The notes under the pieces were generated by a model that did no database searches, was not told the origin of the DNA, and saw only the letters and a program-made list of their open reading frames with translations. DNA of 64,000 nt from Cystobasidiomycetes sp. EMM_F5 (Eukaryota): contig JBPGPT010000005.1 of the NCBI GenBank assembly GCA_051047955.1, forward strand, positions 62,001 through 126,000, in the 5' to 3' direction. This document shows, in pieces, positions 51,816 through 62,467 of this stretch (position 1 is the stretch's first letter; the number at the start of each line of letters is the position of its first letter). The translations under genes were made by a program, and so were the position numbers.

Positions 51816-53840
51816 TCACAACTTGAAACCTTGGGTGGCAGCCTGACGTATCTCCTGCCGTACACCAAAATCCAACAAAATCTCTTCGGAGCCCTGCAGG
51901 AATACGTGTATTGTTGTTGAATTAGCTAGGTCGACTCGTCCTTCTGCGTGTGAACGCACTCCTGGTATAGCTACTGATTTGGCATCCCGTCGAATGCGTT
52001 CTACCCGTTCACCTTGTCCGCCTGTTGATGTCAATGCATTAGCAAAAGTCGCGCAGCCGCCAATGTATGATTGAGACCGCCTGACCTCGTGTGATGCCAA
52101 TTCCCCCTAGTATCTGGACAGCTTCTCTAGCCACAAGTTCTAGCGTCATACTGCAATGAGCTTTCATTAAGGCGGTAGTTCCACCAAGCCGCCTGTTCGC
52201 TTCTTCATGACTGAGCTTGTGTATGGCGTATACGATAGACTGCGTTGTCGAACACGTCATCTTATTGTTAGCGGGGCTCGGGTAGTCTATTGAAGCAGTC
52301 CCCACCTCGAGCCAAGTCTGCTGGGACTCGATGCAGCGGGCCATATGTGCGAGCTGATGCAATGATCATTAAGAGTCGACGACGCAGAAGGTTCGCGTTG
52401 TTCAAGCAGCTCACCTTGTTGCGAATGACCTCGCTTTCAATGAGAGCCTTTCCAAAAACTCTCCGCTTATGTGCGTAGTTAATCGTGTCCTCGAGGCAGC
52501 ATCTCGCAAGCCGTTGCGCGGAAATACCGATAAGCAACCGTTCGTGATTGAACTGCGAGCTGGCCTAAGACAAGGAAGCGCAGATTCGGATCAGACTTAC
52601 ATTAGTAAGAATCATCTTGAATCCTTCGCCCTCCCTTCCGATAAGATTTTCTTTTGGCACTTCGACATCCTGTGGTCGTAGCCGAGGTCAGCTGGATTCT
52701 CACCGGGCAGTGTGGGCATTTCTACGTACCTCAAAATTGAGCAGCGTAGTGCCCGCAGCCCACTGCCCAGACATCAGCATCTTGTTTCTCGTTACTCCGG
52801 GGCCATTTTCGATGAGAAGAAACGAAATACCAGCCGGATCTCCAGGCTTTCCGGAAGTGCGTACTGCAGTAGCTGTACAAGCATGCGTGAGCCTCGCATC
52901 GGCCCTGTATTTTCGCTTCGTGCTCACTGAAGTAATCCGAGTACATGCCACAAGTGATCCACCTGGAGTCAATCAGCCTTTGTTGCGGTGACGTCTCGTA
53001 TTGATTGTTTGCTTACTTTTTAGTCCCGCTGCAGGAATGAAGGTCAAGCGTCGGAGGGCTGCGCAGATCTGAGCGGCTCGACTTACTTTACAATATAGCT
53101 GATAGGACACAGTCTCTCAGCCTTGAATTGATAGCAGAAGTGATGCGGCAGAAACCCTTACTGCGTGCCAGCAGAGTTAAGTTTGGCAGATGTGGAAAGA
53201 TTTTTGACATCACTGCCCGCCTGAGAGGAGAGACACCGTAAGAGTGTAAGTCTGATTTGGGATGGCCGCAGCTCGCCTGTGGTTCAGTGATCGCCAGGCA
53301 TAGACGCTTGCGACCAGAGAAAATGTCCGGCAGTACTCTATCCTGTAGTTCTTGCGAGCCGTAGTTGTATATAGGAGGACAGCCTATCTGGAGACTACCG
53401 ACTGTAGCTTGGCCGACACCGACTGATGCACATCTGTGCAATTCATCAATCATGATCATATCATGACTGTCAGAGCCAAGCAGGCTTCAGCACCGAGTTT
53501 GTTTGCGGCCGTTTCTTATGGTGTCGTTGACCTACAATCCATCCCAATCTTGCGCCTTGACGCCTCCAAAAACAGTACCGTCTGCTTGTGCCCAGCGCAG
53601 CGGGACGCGGGGCCCGAATGCGAATGCAGCCAAGAGACCAGCTTTTGCAAAGGCCTGGTAAACGTCCGGATTGATTGCACGGTTTTCTTCCCATTCATAT
53701 GCTACATCGAAAGTGTGCTCGTCAAAGAAGGCCCGCGCTGCTCCTCTCAGGCTTTGATGACTCTCGGTATAGTAGGGAGATGGAATGGCCTGCGCCATTA
53801 CCGACGTATCAGGGGTCTGGGATGATGATGGGTGCATCAA
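51816..53840 (-). CDS. Acyl-CoA dehydrogenase (fungal type), C-terminus GFKL
   Basis: SPYYTESH, RLCLAITEPQ|AGSDV, YIVNGTKKWITCG, TAVRTSGKPG, GISFLLIE, FNHER, RRVFGKALIESEVIRNK, AREAVQILGGIGITRG and AIPG|GSEEILLDFGVRQ. Confidence 0.93.
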
Positions 53841-54195
53841 GACACTGCAAGGTCAACTCACTCGATACCATTGCGGCTCCGCAAAGGGGGTCGTAGACCC
53901 AAACGATACTGCTGATGATTCAGTACTTGTGGCCATAGGTGTGGATGCCATGTTCTGCAGCTCCGTCAAGACGTGATGAGTCGTGGTCGATGAGCATTGA
54001 CGATCTTAGCAGTCATTCAGCTATATCACTTCGGGCTTGTTGGTGCGGACCCACCTATACCCACCTTGCCACCAGGCATGGTGGAGAGATGGCTAGTACA
54101 CCGGTGCGTTGCGCGATCTACGTCTGACCGTCGTTCCAGGAGCGATACAGAGCCTGCCGACACATATACTGCCTCCTCTACGTAGAAACGTCGCA

Positions 54196-55020
54196 ATGTC
54201 CAAATTCCTCAGTCAACCTCGAAGGGTTGTTACCTTTCACGACGATGACGGCAATGCGTGGGACCGAGCTGTTGCGCCATGCTGGATGTCTGGACTGACT
54301 TGCACCGTGCCAGATGTGTGTGGAAGGACGAAGTACCCGAGCCGGTGCGGGTATGTGCGCCTGGCACTCCTGCCGGCAATCTCACTGTTCGCGTGACGGA
54401 GATATGGCATACTGAGAAGGTACGGCAATCTGATCCTGTACGACAATTCCTCGCTGTCGTAAGCTAAGAATGTATTGCTATGAGAATCCTGACGATAACG
54501 CCTCTTCCCGTGATGTCGCTGGAGAAATTACAGCTAAGGGTGCTCTCTCCGCCCTCCACTACGATCATGGTGCAGTTTTGTCAGTATGGGCGTGGTCCGA
54601 AGAAGCCCTATTCCCGCTGACGATGCAATTGTTGCAGCCGAACAGTGGACTTTCCCCCAAATCACGGCGACAAGTCGCATCGTACACAAAGCATAGACTT
54701 TGCCATGGTCATATCTGGAGAGATCTACATGGAACTCGAGCCAGGACAAGAGATCCTACTCAAGACCGGCGATACTCTGGTGCAACGAGGGTGAGGCACG
54801 CTGTTCAGTGTTCAGTCTTGTGCTACTCTGACACCGAGAACCCTACAGAACGATCCACAAGTGGATTAATCGAACTGATGCATACACACGAGTACTGTTT
54901 GTATTGCTTGGCGCACAGCCGCTCAAAGCGGAAGAGGTAAGCAGTTTGACCGTGATGAGTGGTCTTTCAATGACAGAAGGAGTCCAGGCAAACAAAGCAG
55001 ATTATAACCTGAACGAATAG
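54196..55020 (+). CDS. Cupin-2 barrel protein
   Basis: PRRVVTFHDDDG, HRTQSIDFAMVISGEIYMELEPGQEILLKTGDTLVQRG|TIHKWINRT...RVLFVL. 3' end approximate. Confidence 0.85.
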
Positions 55021-55147
55021 GGCTAGCAAAACAAAAGCGTGTGCAATATGTTGTATCAGCATTGAATCGGACAGCGGGATGTTATGTTCGATGTAATGCA
55101 GGGTTGTAGTCTTAGGTTGTAGTCTTGGCTTACAACACGGGGCTTGC

Positions 55148-56446
55148 CTACATTTTCGCGCTTTCCTCTACTTGCTCTAGCACTGCCACCCCGCCAGACA
55201 AGCAAGGTTTCCCATTGACTTTTTGAACAAAGTCAAGCACAGTAGTATTGCCATCCCGCTTGCGCAGCCAGATGGAAGTCTCGAGCTGGTCACCAGGCAC
55301 GACGGGACTACGGACAGAGTACATCGGCGCCACCCATCTGCAGTACAGGATTTAATTGGGACGTACGATGTAAATCTAGCACTCATATACTTCAGTTGAG
55401 CAGACGAACCACCATATTGCATGATCGCCCGAGCGGCATGTCCTGAATGGCATGTTGGTCAGCTGATTGTGGACCCTTACCAAAATAGTTCACGCTACCG
55501 ACCATAACTGCAGAGGCCATGGAGTATGGCACCAGGGAATCCCATAGCCTTGCCGAGAGCAGGTTGGACATGTAGCGGATTGAAGTCGCCTGAGCCAGCA
55601 GTAATACAACCAGAAGTTAGACTCTTCTTGTAACCTGAGCAGCCTGTCAAAAGCCTTTACCGGAGAGGCGGTACAAGACTGCTTGCTCTGGGCTGGTATT
55701 GTCTGTATACACACCATCTGGGCGACTGTTCGGCGGCCTGGAGGCGCCCTTCGCTGGCTGAGAGCGCGGCAGACTCTTGCTGAATCCACCGCTGTCAAAT
55801 TTGCCAAAACAGTATGCACTTGACTGTTGAGACGCAACGATACGCGCATCAGCCGATTCCAGCCATTCACACAGAGACGAGCTGCGCACCACCATATGAA
55901 CGTAATCTTCACCATCTGGCCCCACTAGCGCTTCCTCCTCATCCACAATGAGACCTTTGCCAGTGTCTTTGATACCGATGACCCGCTTGGTGATCTTCCA
56001 ACCTGAGTCAGAATTAGCTGGAATGGGTTTGAGTATCGTGATACTCTGCTCGGCATGCTGTTCATGCAGATATCCTCTTATTATTCAGCATAGAACCCTG
56101 TATTAACTTGGCACGTACCACCATCCTCTTGGGATCCATAATCGGAAGACCCGGTGCAAGACCTGCTGCATTCTTCATCATTGCGAAAGGCGCAATGTCG
56201 GAATGATCGCCCTTCAGATCAAGCACCAGCGGGTAAGTGGGGAAGGGCCGCCATCGCGCGTTGTTCTCATCCAGGAAGCAGAAGTCGTCCCGCTTGGCGC
56301 CAATCTGAAAGTAACGCATGAATGAAATATTTGAATGGAGATCCGATAGGCGTACGCACTCCTATGGCATACAGTAGTATGTCACGCTGGTTCCACGCGA
56401 CTGGTATAGCTTTCAGCTGGGCCCCCAGGGCTCGATCGAGGTCCAT
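55148..56446 (-). CDS. MaoC/hot-dog fold enoyl-CoA hydratase 2 (peroxisomal dehydratase) with PTS1 (AKM)
   Basis: WNQRDILLYAIG|IGA, FPTYPLVL, HAEQSI, hydratase-2 motif YRLSG|DFNPLHV...ILHGLCSYG, MSARFTS|PVVPGDQLETSIW. Ends EESAKM*. Confidence 0.92.
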
Positions 56447-56904
56447 TGCAAGAGAGGAGGTAAGGAGAGTGAGAAAAATAATGCAGTGAATGGAGTCGAG
56501 ATGAGCTAGCCTCGCACAACACACGACAGTGTTTTTCAAGCCAAGCGGAATCTTTACAGTGTTTAGGCGTCTTCAGAACCCCACTTCGGTCATCGCCACC
56601 CAGAGCAACCGATTCCTGGTCACAGTCCGGGTGGGGCTGTAACGTTGACATTTGATAGACAGGAAAAGCGGCCAGAAGGGCTTTGATGGTGTCGCAGCGT
56701 GTAGAGTACTTTCAAGACTCGTTGTTTCAGCTGGCAGAAATTGTCCTTGAAAAATCCTTCGTACTTGTTGGACATCTGGCATTACTCCCGTCCGATGGGA
56801 CGAGCGTGGTGCACAGCTTGATAGGTGATGCAAGCAGCTTGCCTTCGACGTTGTACAGGAAACAAATGCACGTGCTTATGTTGTGATGACCACATGTATT
56901 CAAG

Positions 56905-58066
56905 TCAGTAGTACGCGACAGTGTGAAGTATTTCATGAGGATGGCGTTGCGTTTGTACTCGTATGATCTCATCAATTTCGTCGTCCAAGCTGTTGGCAGC
57001 ATCGATCTGTCATTGGACAAGCGGATGGCACCAACGTCATGAGATCCACAGGACCTGCACAGAAATTCCCCACTCACAGCCGTACACAGATCCAGCATTG
57101 CCCTACCCGCAATGAGTGCTTCTTCGTGGTTGTCCTTGATCTCAATGTTAATAATGTGAACGGGCCTGTTCATTTCCCCTCCTTTTGCGAGCAAATCGTC
57201 ACAAACTGCGTCAAAGCATCTCTCTTCGCACGTAATAACAACATCCGCAACGCCTCTGCTCTCCTGCCATCGTTCAGGGGCAGTCTTGATGTTGCGGTTT
57301 CGGTCAATCATGGCGAGGATGCCGTTGGCAGTATACAGCCTCGCGTCTTTTGCCTCGAGATCCCGATACATGTCATCGTAGGGCGTCCCGAAAGCGTAAA
57401 CGTTGGGTTTGTCAATCGCGTTGCCTGGTAGCCGGACAGCAGAGCCAGTACCTGCACTCGTTACATTGAATTTGGCGCGTCTGCAGATTCGACAAGAAAA
57501 GCGGATGGTAAGTAGGTAGTCCACCGATGGCTCTAGACTTAATGTTAGAGAAGCTCGGCCACCTACGATAACACCTTATGCCCTTCCATAGACCGATTCT
57601 ACAAAGATGCAAAAGGGCACAGCAATTTAAACGGAATCTTATCAGAAGACACTTTCTGGCACAAGGTGGCCATGCGACTGACATTATTGCTCGCGCATAC
57701 AACACAGAAATTCTTGCGCACTTTGTATAGATTTGTTTTTTGCGATTGTTGTGCGGGTGGTGGTTGCGCTACGCCGTTTGTCGGAGGCGGGAATGTGGAT
57801 GGGCCGGTCAAACCATTCGCCTGCGGCTGCTGTTGCTGTTGGATAGGAGGTGTTCCGTATGAAGTGTAGGGCTGCTGATTTGGTTGGAAAGGAATGGATT
57901 GCTGGGGTGGTCCTTGCGGCAGGACAGGTTGCGGATGCTGCGGCTGAGGCTGCTGAAACTGGAAGGGTTGTGGGACCTGCTGCTGCTGCTGAAGAGGTAT
58001 TGAGGGTGGTGTAGAAGTCTGTTGCTGCTGTCCTGCGTTTGCAAACCTGGCTCTTCGCGGGTCCAT
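56905..58066 (-). CDS. SSU72: RNA polymerase II CTD phosphatase Ssu72 (intact copy, 4 exons, Q/P-rich N-terminal extension)
   Basis: Catalytic CX5R loop [73 protein letters not shown] and LHTVAYY*. No disablements seen. Confidence 0.96.
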
Positions 58067-58226
58067 TGCGAAACGCCCTGGACAGAATGATCCGTAACCT
58101 TTCGTCAGTCAGAGCCAACTAGACCGAAGCGTGTCGAGGGAGTATAGAGCTTTCAGGCGTGTTTGCGTATGTATTCGAATGGTTTGTCCTCGATGCACCT
58201 CGCGGCACTCAGACAGCTCCAATAGT
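56905..58226. repeat. Right arm of the ~1.3 kb direct repeat (SSU72 gene plus upstream sequence)
   Basis: Homologous to 30509-31823. Includes a 122-bp run (57280-57401) identical to 30881-31002. Confidence 0.93.
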
Positions 58227-59336
58227 AATTTGTATTTTCATCAGAAGAGAAATGGACGAGGATAGGCGGTCGGCAATTGTGCTGCGTGTGGACGACTGCG
58301 TGTGCCCATATGCTGGACGGCACTCACCTGGGCTGCAGTGTAATTATATCGAGATGGTGTATGACAAAACTGGGTGAAGGCGATATGGCAAGTCGGCAAA
58401 AATAAGCAAGCAATAAGTGCGCATGAACAGTACTAAGTTAGGTGTGACATTGGATGCCAAAAGAATACTTTACGTTATGATATTGCTCTGCCTTGCTGCA
58501 GATTGCGTTTGTGTTTCGACAACATCATTGTAGACTGCGTTGGACTGTAAAAACGATGCAGCTGGCAGTTGCTGGAGCCCAACGTGACTGGTTCAGGTTG
58601 GAATGTGCTTGAATGGACGATGCAGGCCATGACTGCACGAATGCCCCCTCATCTGGCCTCGAATTGCACCACTGTGAACAAGATTTGCCGTCGTCAGCGT
58701 GCAGTCCTTCCCAGAGCGTCGCGTAAACCCAGCCCACTCTTCTTGGATCGCTTCTTGAACATTACTCTGCATCCGCACTCGTGGCATCGGATGGCCTCTG
58801 AGAAATCAGCCGTTTCCGAGTCAGCTGCCAGACGTCTTTGCAGATGTGCATTCCGCCCTACGTTTTGCGCGAATCTCGTTGGTCTGCCCGCAGTCTATGG
58901 CATGAGCAGATGTCAATGGGCGTCTTGGATATTGATACATCCCATTCGCCCACTCACCTCCGCAAGAGTAGGCTACCGGAGCAGTTGGAGCTGGAGTGCC
59001 ATGATTCAGCTGATACTCTGCCATCTCAGGCTCGCAGTGTCATGTCGTGCATACCCTGAGGCACGTCCATTGTTAGTGTACGATTCTGAGCAGAGTCAAG
59101 CCTTTTGGACTCGTACAAAGTTAGAGTCTTTCTGACCTCGATTGCCTTGAGACCTGTAAATGAGCTAACTTAGCTGGACGAGGCTGCCATTGAATGGCCA
59201 TCTTTGTTTCCTGACCTGCTGCAGCACATCCAACTCGGAACACGTTCCCTATCGCCAGCCAGAAAGTCCCGCATGCTGCCGTAAAAGTCCCGCAGTTATT
59301 GGGTGGATTGGGTCAGGCCTCCACTTCACAGCTCCG

Positions 59337-62280
59337 ATGGACAAGCCTAGTCGAGCCAGTCTTCTGAGGGCAGTCCCCACGGCCATATGTGCTCTAATTG
59401 GGCTGGTCTTCGCCCTCGGAGCCTGGCGCTTCTTCATCACTCGTACGGTCGCGCTTCCTCTCTGTGTTGCAGAAACCTTGTTGACGCGAAACTTGTTTGA
59501 TCCGCCAGACCCCAGCGACAGATATCAGTGCTCGTCGCTTCTGACGTCGGGACAATGGCTAGACGACGAGAGGAGCAAGCCTGGTGCACTCGCGAATTGG
59601 CAGCCGGACGGGTGTATGCTGTCGAGCTATACGCCAAAGAACGCCTACAAATGTCTTAGCGGGAGACGCGTCGTTTTTGCTGGCGATTCGACAGTCAGGC
59701 AGCTCTTCTACGCTACCGCAAAGATTCTCGACCCCGCTATCCAGGTGCCAGACTATTATGCATCTCCGCCTCCCCCTTCTGCAGACGACAAGAAGCACCA
59801 GGATGTCACCCTCTCTATCGGTGGAGGAGTCGATGGCCCGGGCAATCCGCACGCAATCACCCTCGACTTTGTATGGGACGCGTACCTCAATACTTCCAAA
59901 GTCATCGACATGCTTGGGGGTCCGACACTGACCAAAAAACCCAAACCTGCTCTTCTCGTTCTCGGCTCTGGACTATGGCAACTCCGGGCCATGGGAGAAG
60001 GTGGAATGCAAGCTTGGAGTCAGTCGATGGATCGCGTGTTTGAAGCGACGGCAGCAGGGCATACGCAGATTGCAGACGAAGTCATCCTTCTTCCCGTGCA
60101 GCATGTCATACCGGAAAAGCTCAATCAGGACCGTAAAATGGTACTTACCCCTGCTGCTATCGCTCGCATGAATGACGATCTCGAACGTCGTCTGCCCAAA
60201 GGGGCTTCTAGTGCTGGATCAGACGGCACTGCTCCCGGGACAGTCAGAGTCCCGACTACCTTCCCAGGTGGTATCGCACAGATTTCAATACCCTACGTCT
60301 TCAACGACCTCATCTCCACTGCATCGAATCGAGCCTTTCATACAATCGATGGCATTCATCTAGATACAGCAATGACCAAGACAATGTCCAATATCCTCCT
60401 CAATCTCCGCTGCAACGACGTTTTGCCGAAACAGTTTCCATTTGACAGGACGTGCTGTAATCAGTACCCTGCGCCAAACTGGCTGCAGGGTCTGCTCATC
60501 TTTCTCATTCTCGTGTGGGCCCCGATTGGTGGCCACTTTATCGGTGCTAGTGAGCAGTCTTTCAGCCTCGACTTGTTTTACAAACACAAGTGTTCTGAAT
60601 TGCTCATTCAGAAACTCCAAATTCTAAGCGTCTCTCTGCCATCTTTCCTCCTCAACATGTCCTGACCCCGCTCTCAATATTCGGATTCGCGATTATCTAT
60701 CAGTACTTTGGCGACCGTACTTCTCTGTTTCTAAAAGTGCAAAAGCAATTTGAGTTTTGGCCATTCACTTTAGCAATGCTCGGATCGTTGGCTTTAGGTG
60801 TCGGGACCGTCAAGAAGCCTGAAAAGGATCTTGGCTTCTTGAATCGTGATCAGACTGACGAGGTGGGCTGTAGAATCAACAGATGTCGGCTGTAGACTAC
60901 AGATGCTGACTGTTGCACGTGTCACACCAGTGGAAAGGATGGATGCAGATTGCCATTCTCATCTACCACTACTATGGCGCGAGTAAAATATCTGGAGTCT
61001 ACAACCCCATCAGAGTGCTCGTCGCTGCTTACCTCTTCATGAGCGGATATGGTCATTTCCATTTTTACTACAAGAAGGCAGATTTCGGACTAGCGAGGAT
61101 AGCAGCCGTTCTCATTCGCTTAAATCTTCTCACCGTCGTTCTTGCTTACGTGCAGGACACAGACTACCTGAGCTACTATTTTTCTCCGCTCACAACACTC
61201 TGGTTCATCGTCATTTGGCTGACCATGTTTGTCGGTCACAAATACAACACCTCAAGTACGCCGTTTATGCTCGCAAAGATTGCCATCTCGGCGGCCATTA
61301 TGACGGCAATCCACAAGATCTCGTGGCCTCTGCCTGCAATATTCCAAATCTTCAACAGTCTGTTTGCGACAGAGTGGAATGCTCGAGAGTGGAGCTTCCG
61401 CGTCACTCTCGACATGTGGATCGTCTACATCGGTATGCTCGCTGCGTTTGCATACATCAAGATTACAGACCAAAAATTGTGGGAACGGTCTTGGTGGCCT
61501 GTCGTGCGCCGTTACTCGATTATCGTTTCCGCAATTATCATGCTCGCATACTTTGGCTTCGAGCTCCAGTACAATAAACTGGATTATAATCTCTACCACC
61601 CGTACATCTCCGCATTCCCCGTTCTTGCGTTCATCGTACTCCGTAACGCAACACCGCTGCTTCGATCGACTTCTTCAAAAGCCTTCATTTGGATTGGTAA
61701 ATGGTAGGGTTGTACTAGAGCAAGGGGCAGAGCCTGTGGACTGAACGCCTTGCGATCCGTTCTTTACAGCTCACTTGAAACGTTTATTTGCCAATTCCAC
61801 ATCTGGCTGGCTGGAGATACCAAGGGCATCTTGATGTTGTTACCCAACCCCCGGCTGCGTTTCCTCAATCTCATCGTCTCGACTGTCATCTTCCTGTTTG
61901 TGTCGCAACAGATTGCAGAAGTGACTGGCGACCTTACCGACTGGCTGTGTGGCAAGAAATCCAAGCCCGCTGGTGCTACGCGCAAGGCCGACGTGTTACC
62001 TACGTCTATGCCTAGCAAAGAGGGAGGGACAGAGTATGTTGCCCTGTCGCAGATTGACAATGGACAGAGCGTGCAGGGGAATAAAGAAGCGGCTGGTGCA
62101 AACAAGCTTAATGCACACACACGGCAGCCATCGGTTCCCTCGGCGGATCAGGGGCCTATCGGACGAGCTCTCGTGAAGCTGCCCGTGAGATGTGTGGTCA
62201 TCTTGTGCACCATCTGGGCAGTCAATCTGCTATATCCGCGAGCGCATCCAAGTCAAGGGCATCTGCTGCCAGGAAGTTAG
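59337..62280 (+). CDS. CAS1: Cas1p/CASD1-family polysaccharide O-acetyltransferase (SGNH-like lumenal domain plus multi-TM acyltransferase domain)
   Basis: NWQPDGCML, FAGDSTVRQLF (GDS), DGIH (DxxH), LNLRCND.LPKQFPFDRTCC..YP, GFLNRDQTDE|WKGWMQIAILIYHY, IRVLVAAYLFMSGYGH, EWSFRVTLD and SLETFICQFHIWLAGDT. Confidence 0.94.
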
Positions 62281-62467
62281 CTGGAGTAGCCACGGCGTTC
62301 AGTGAGTAGACTGTAGATAGTAGAGGATGCTTTGCGAATGGCAAACCTCGTCAACTTTGTTGTGTCTGTCGATGTCATCGATCAGTTTTGGCAGCACGTT
62401 GCGGGTTGTCTGTCAATCTCTAAAGACAGTCACCCCTTCTGACGACCATCCTGCACCACCATACACT

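Noticed and set aside
31824..56904. Island as a Starship or other transposon
   Set aside because: No tyrosine-recombinase captain, transposase, RT, TIR or short target-site duplication was recognisable. The only boundary feature is the SSU72 direct repeat.
58569..59135. 188-aa plus-strand ORF upstream of CAS1
   Set aside because: Non-ATG start and no domain-like features; likely spurious.
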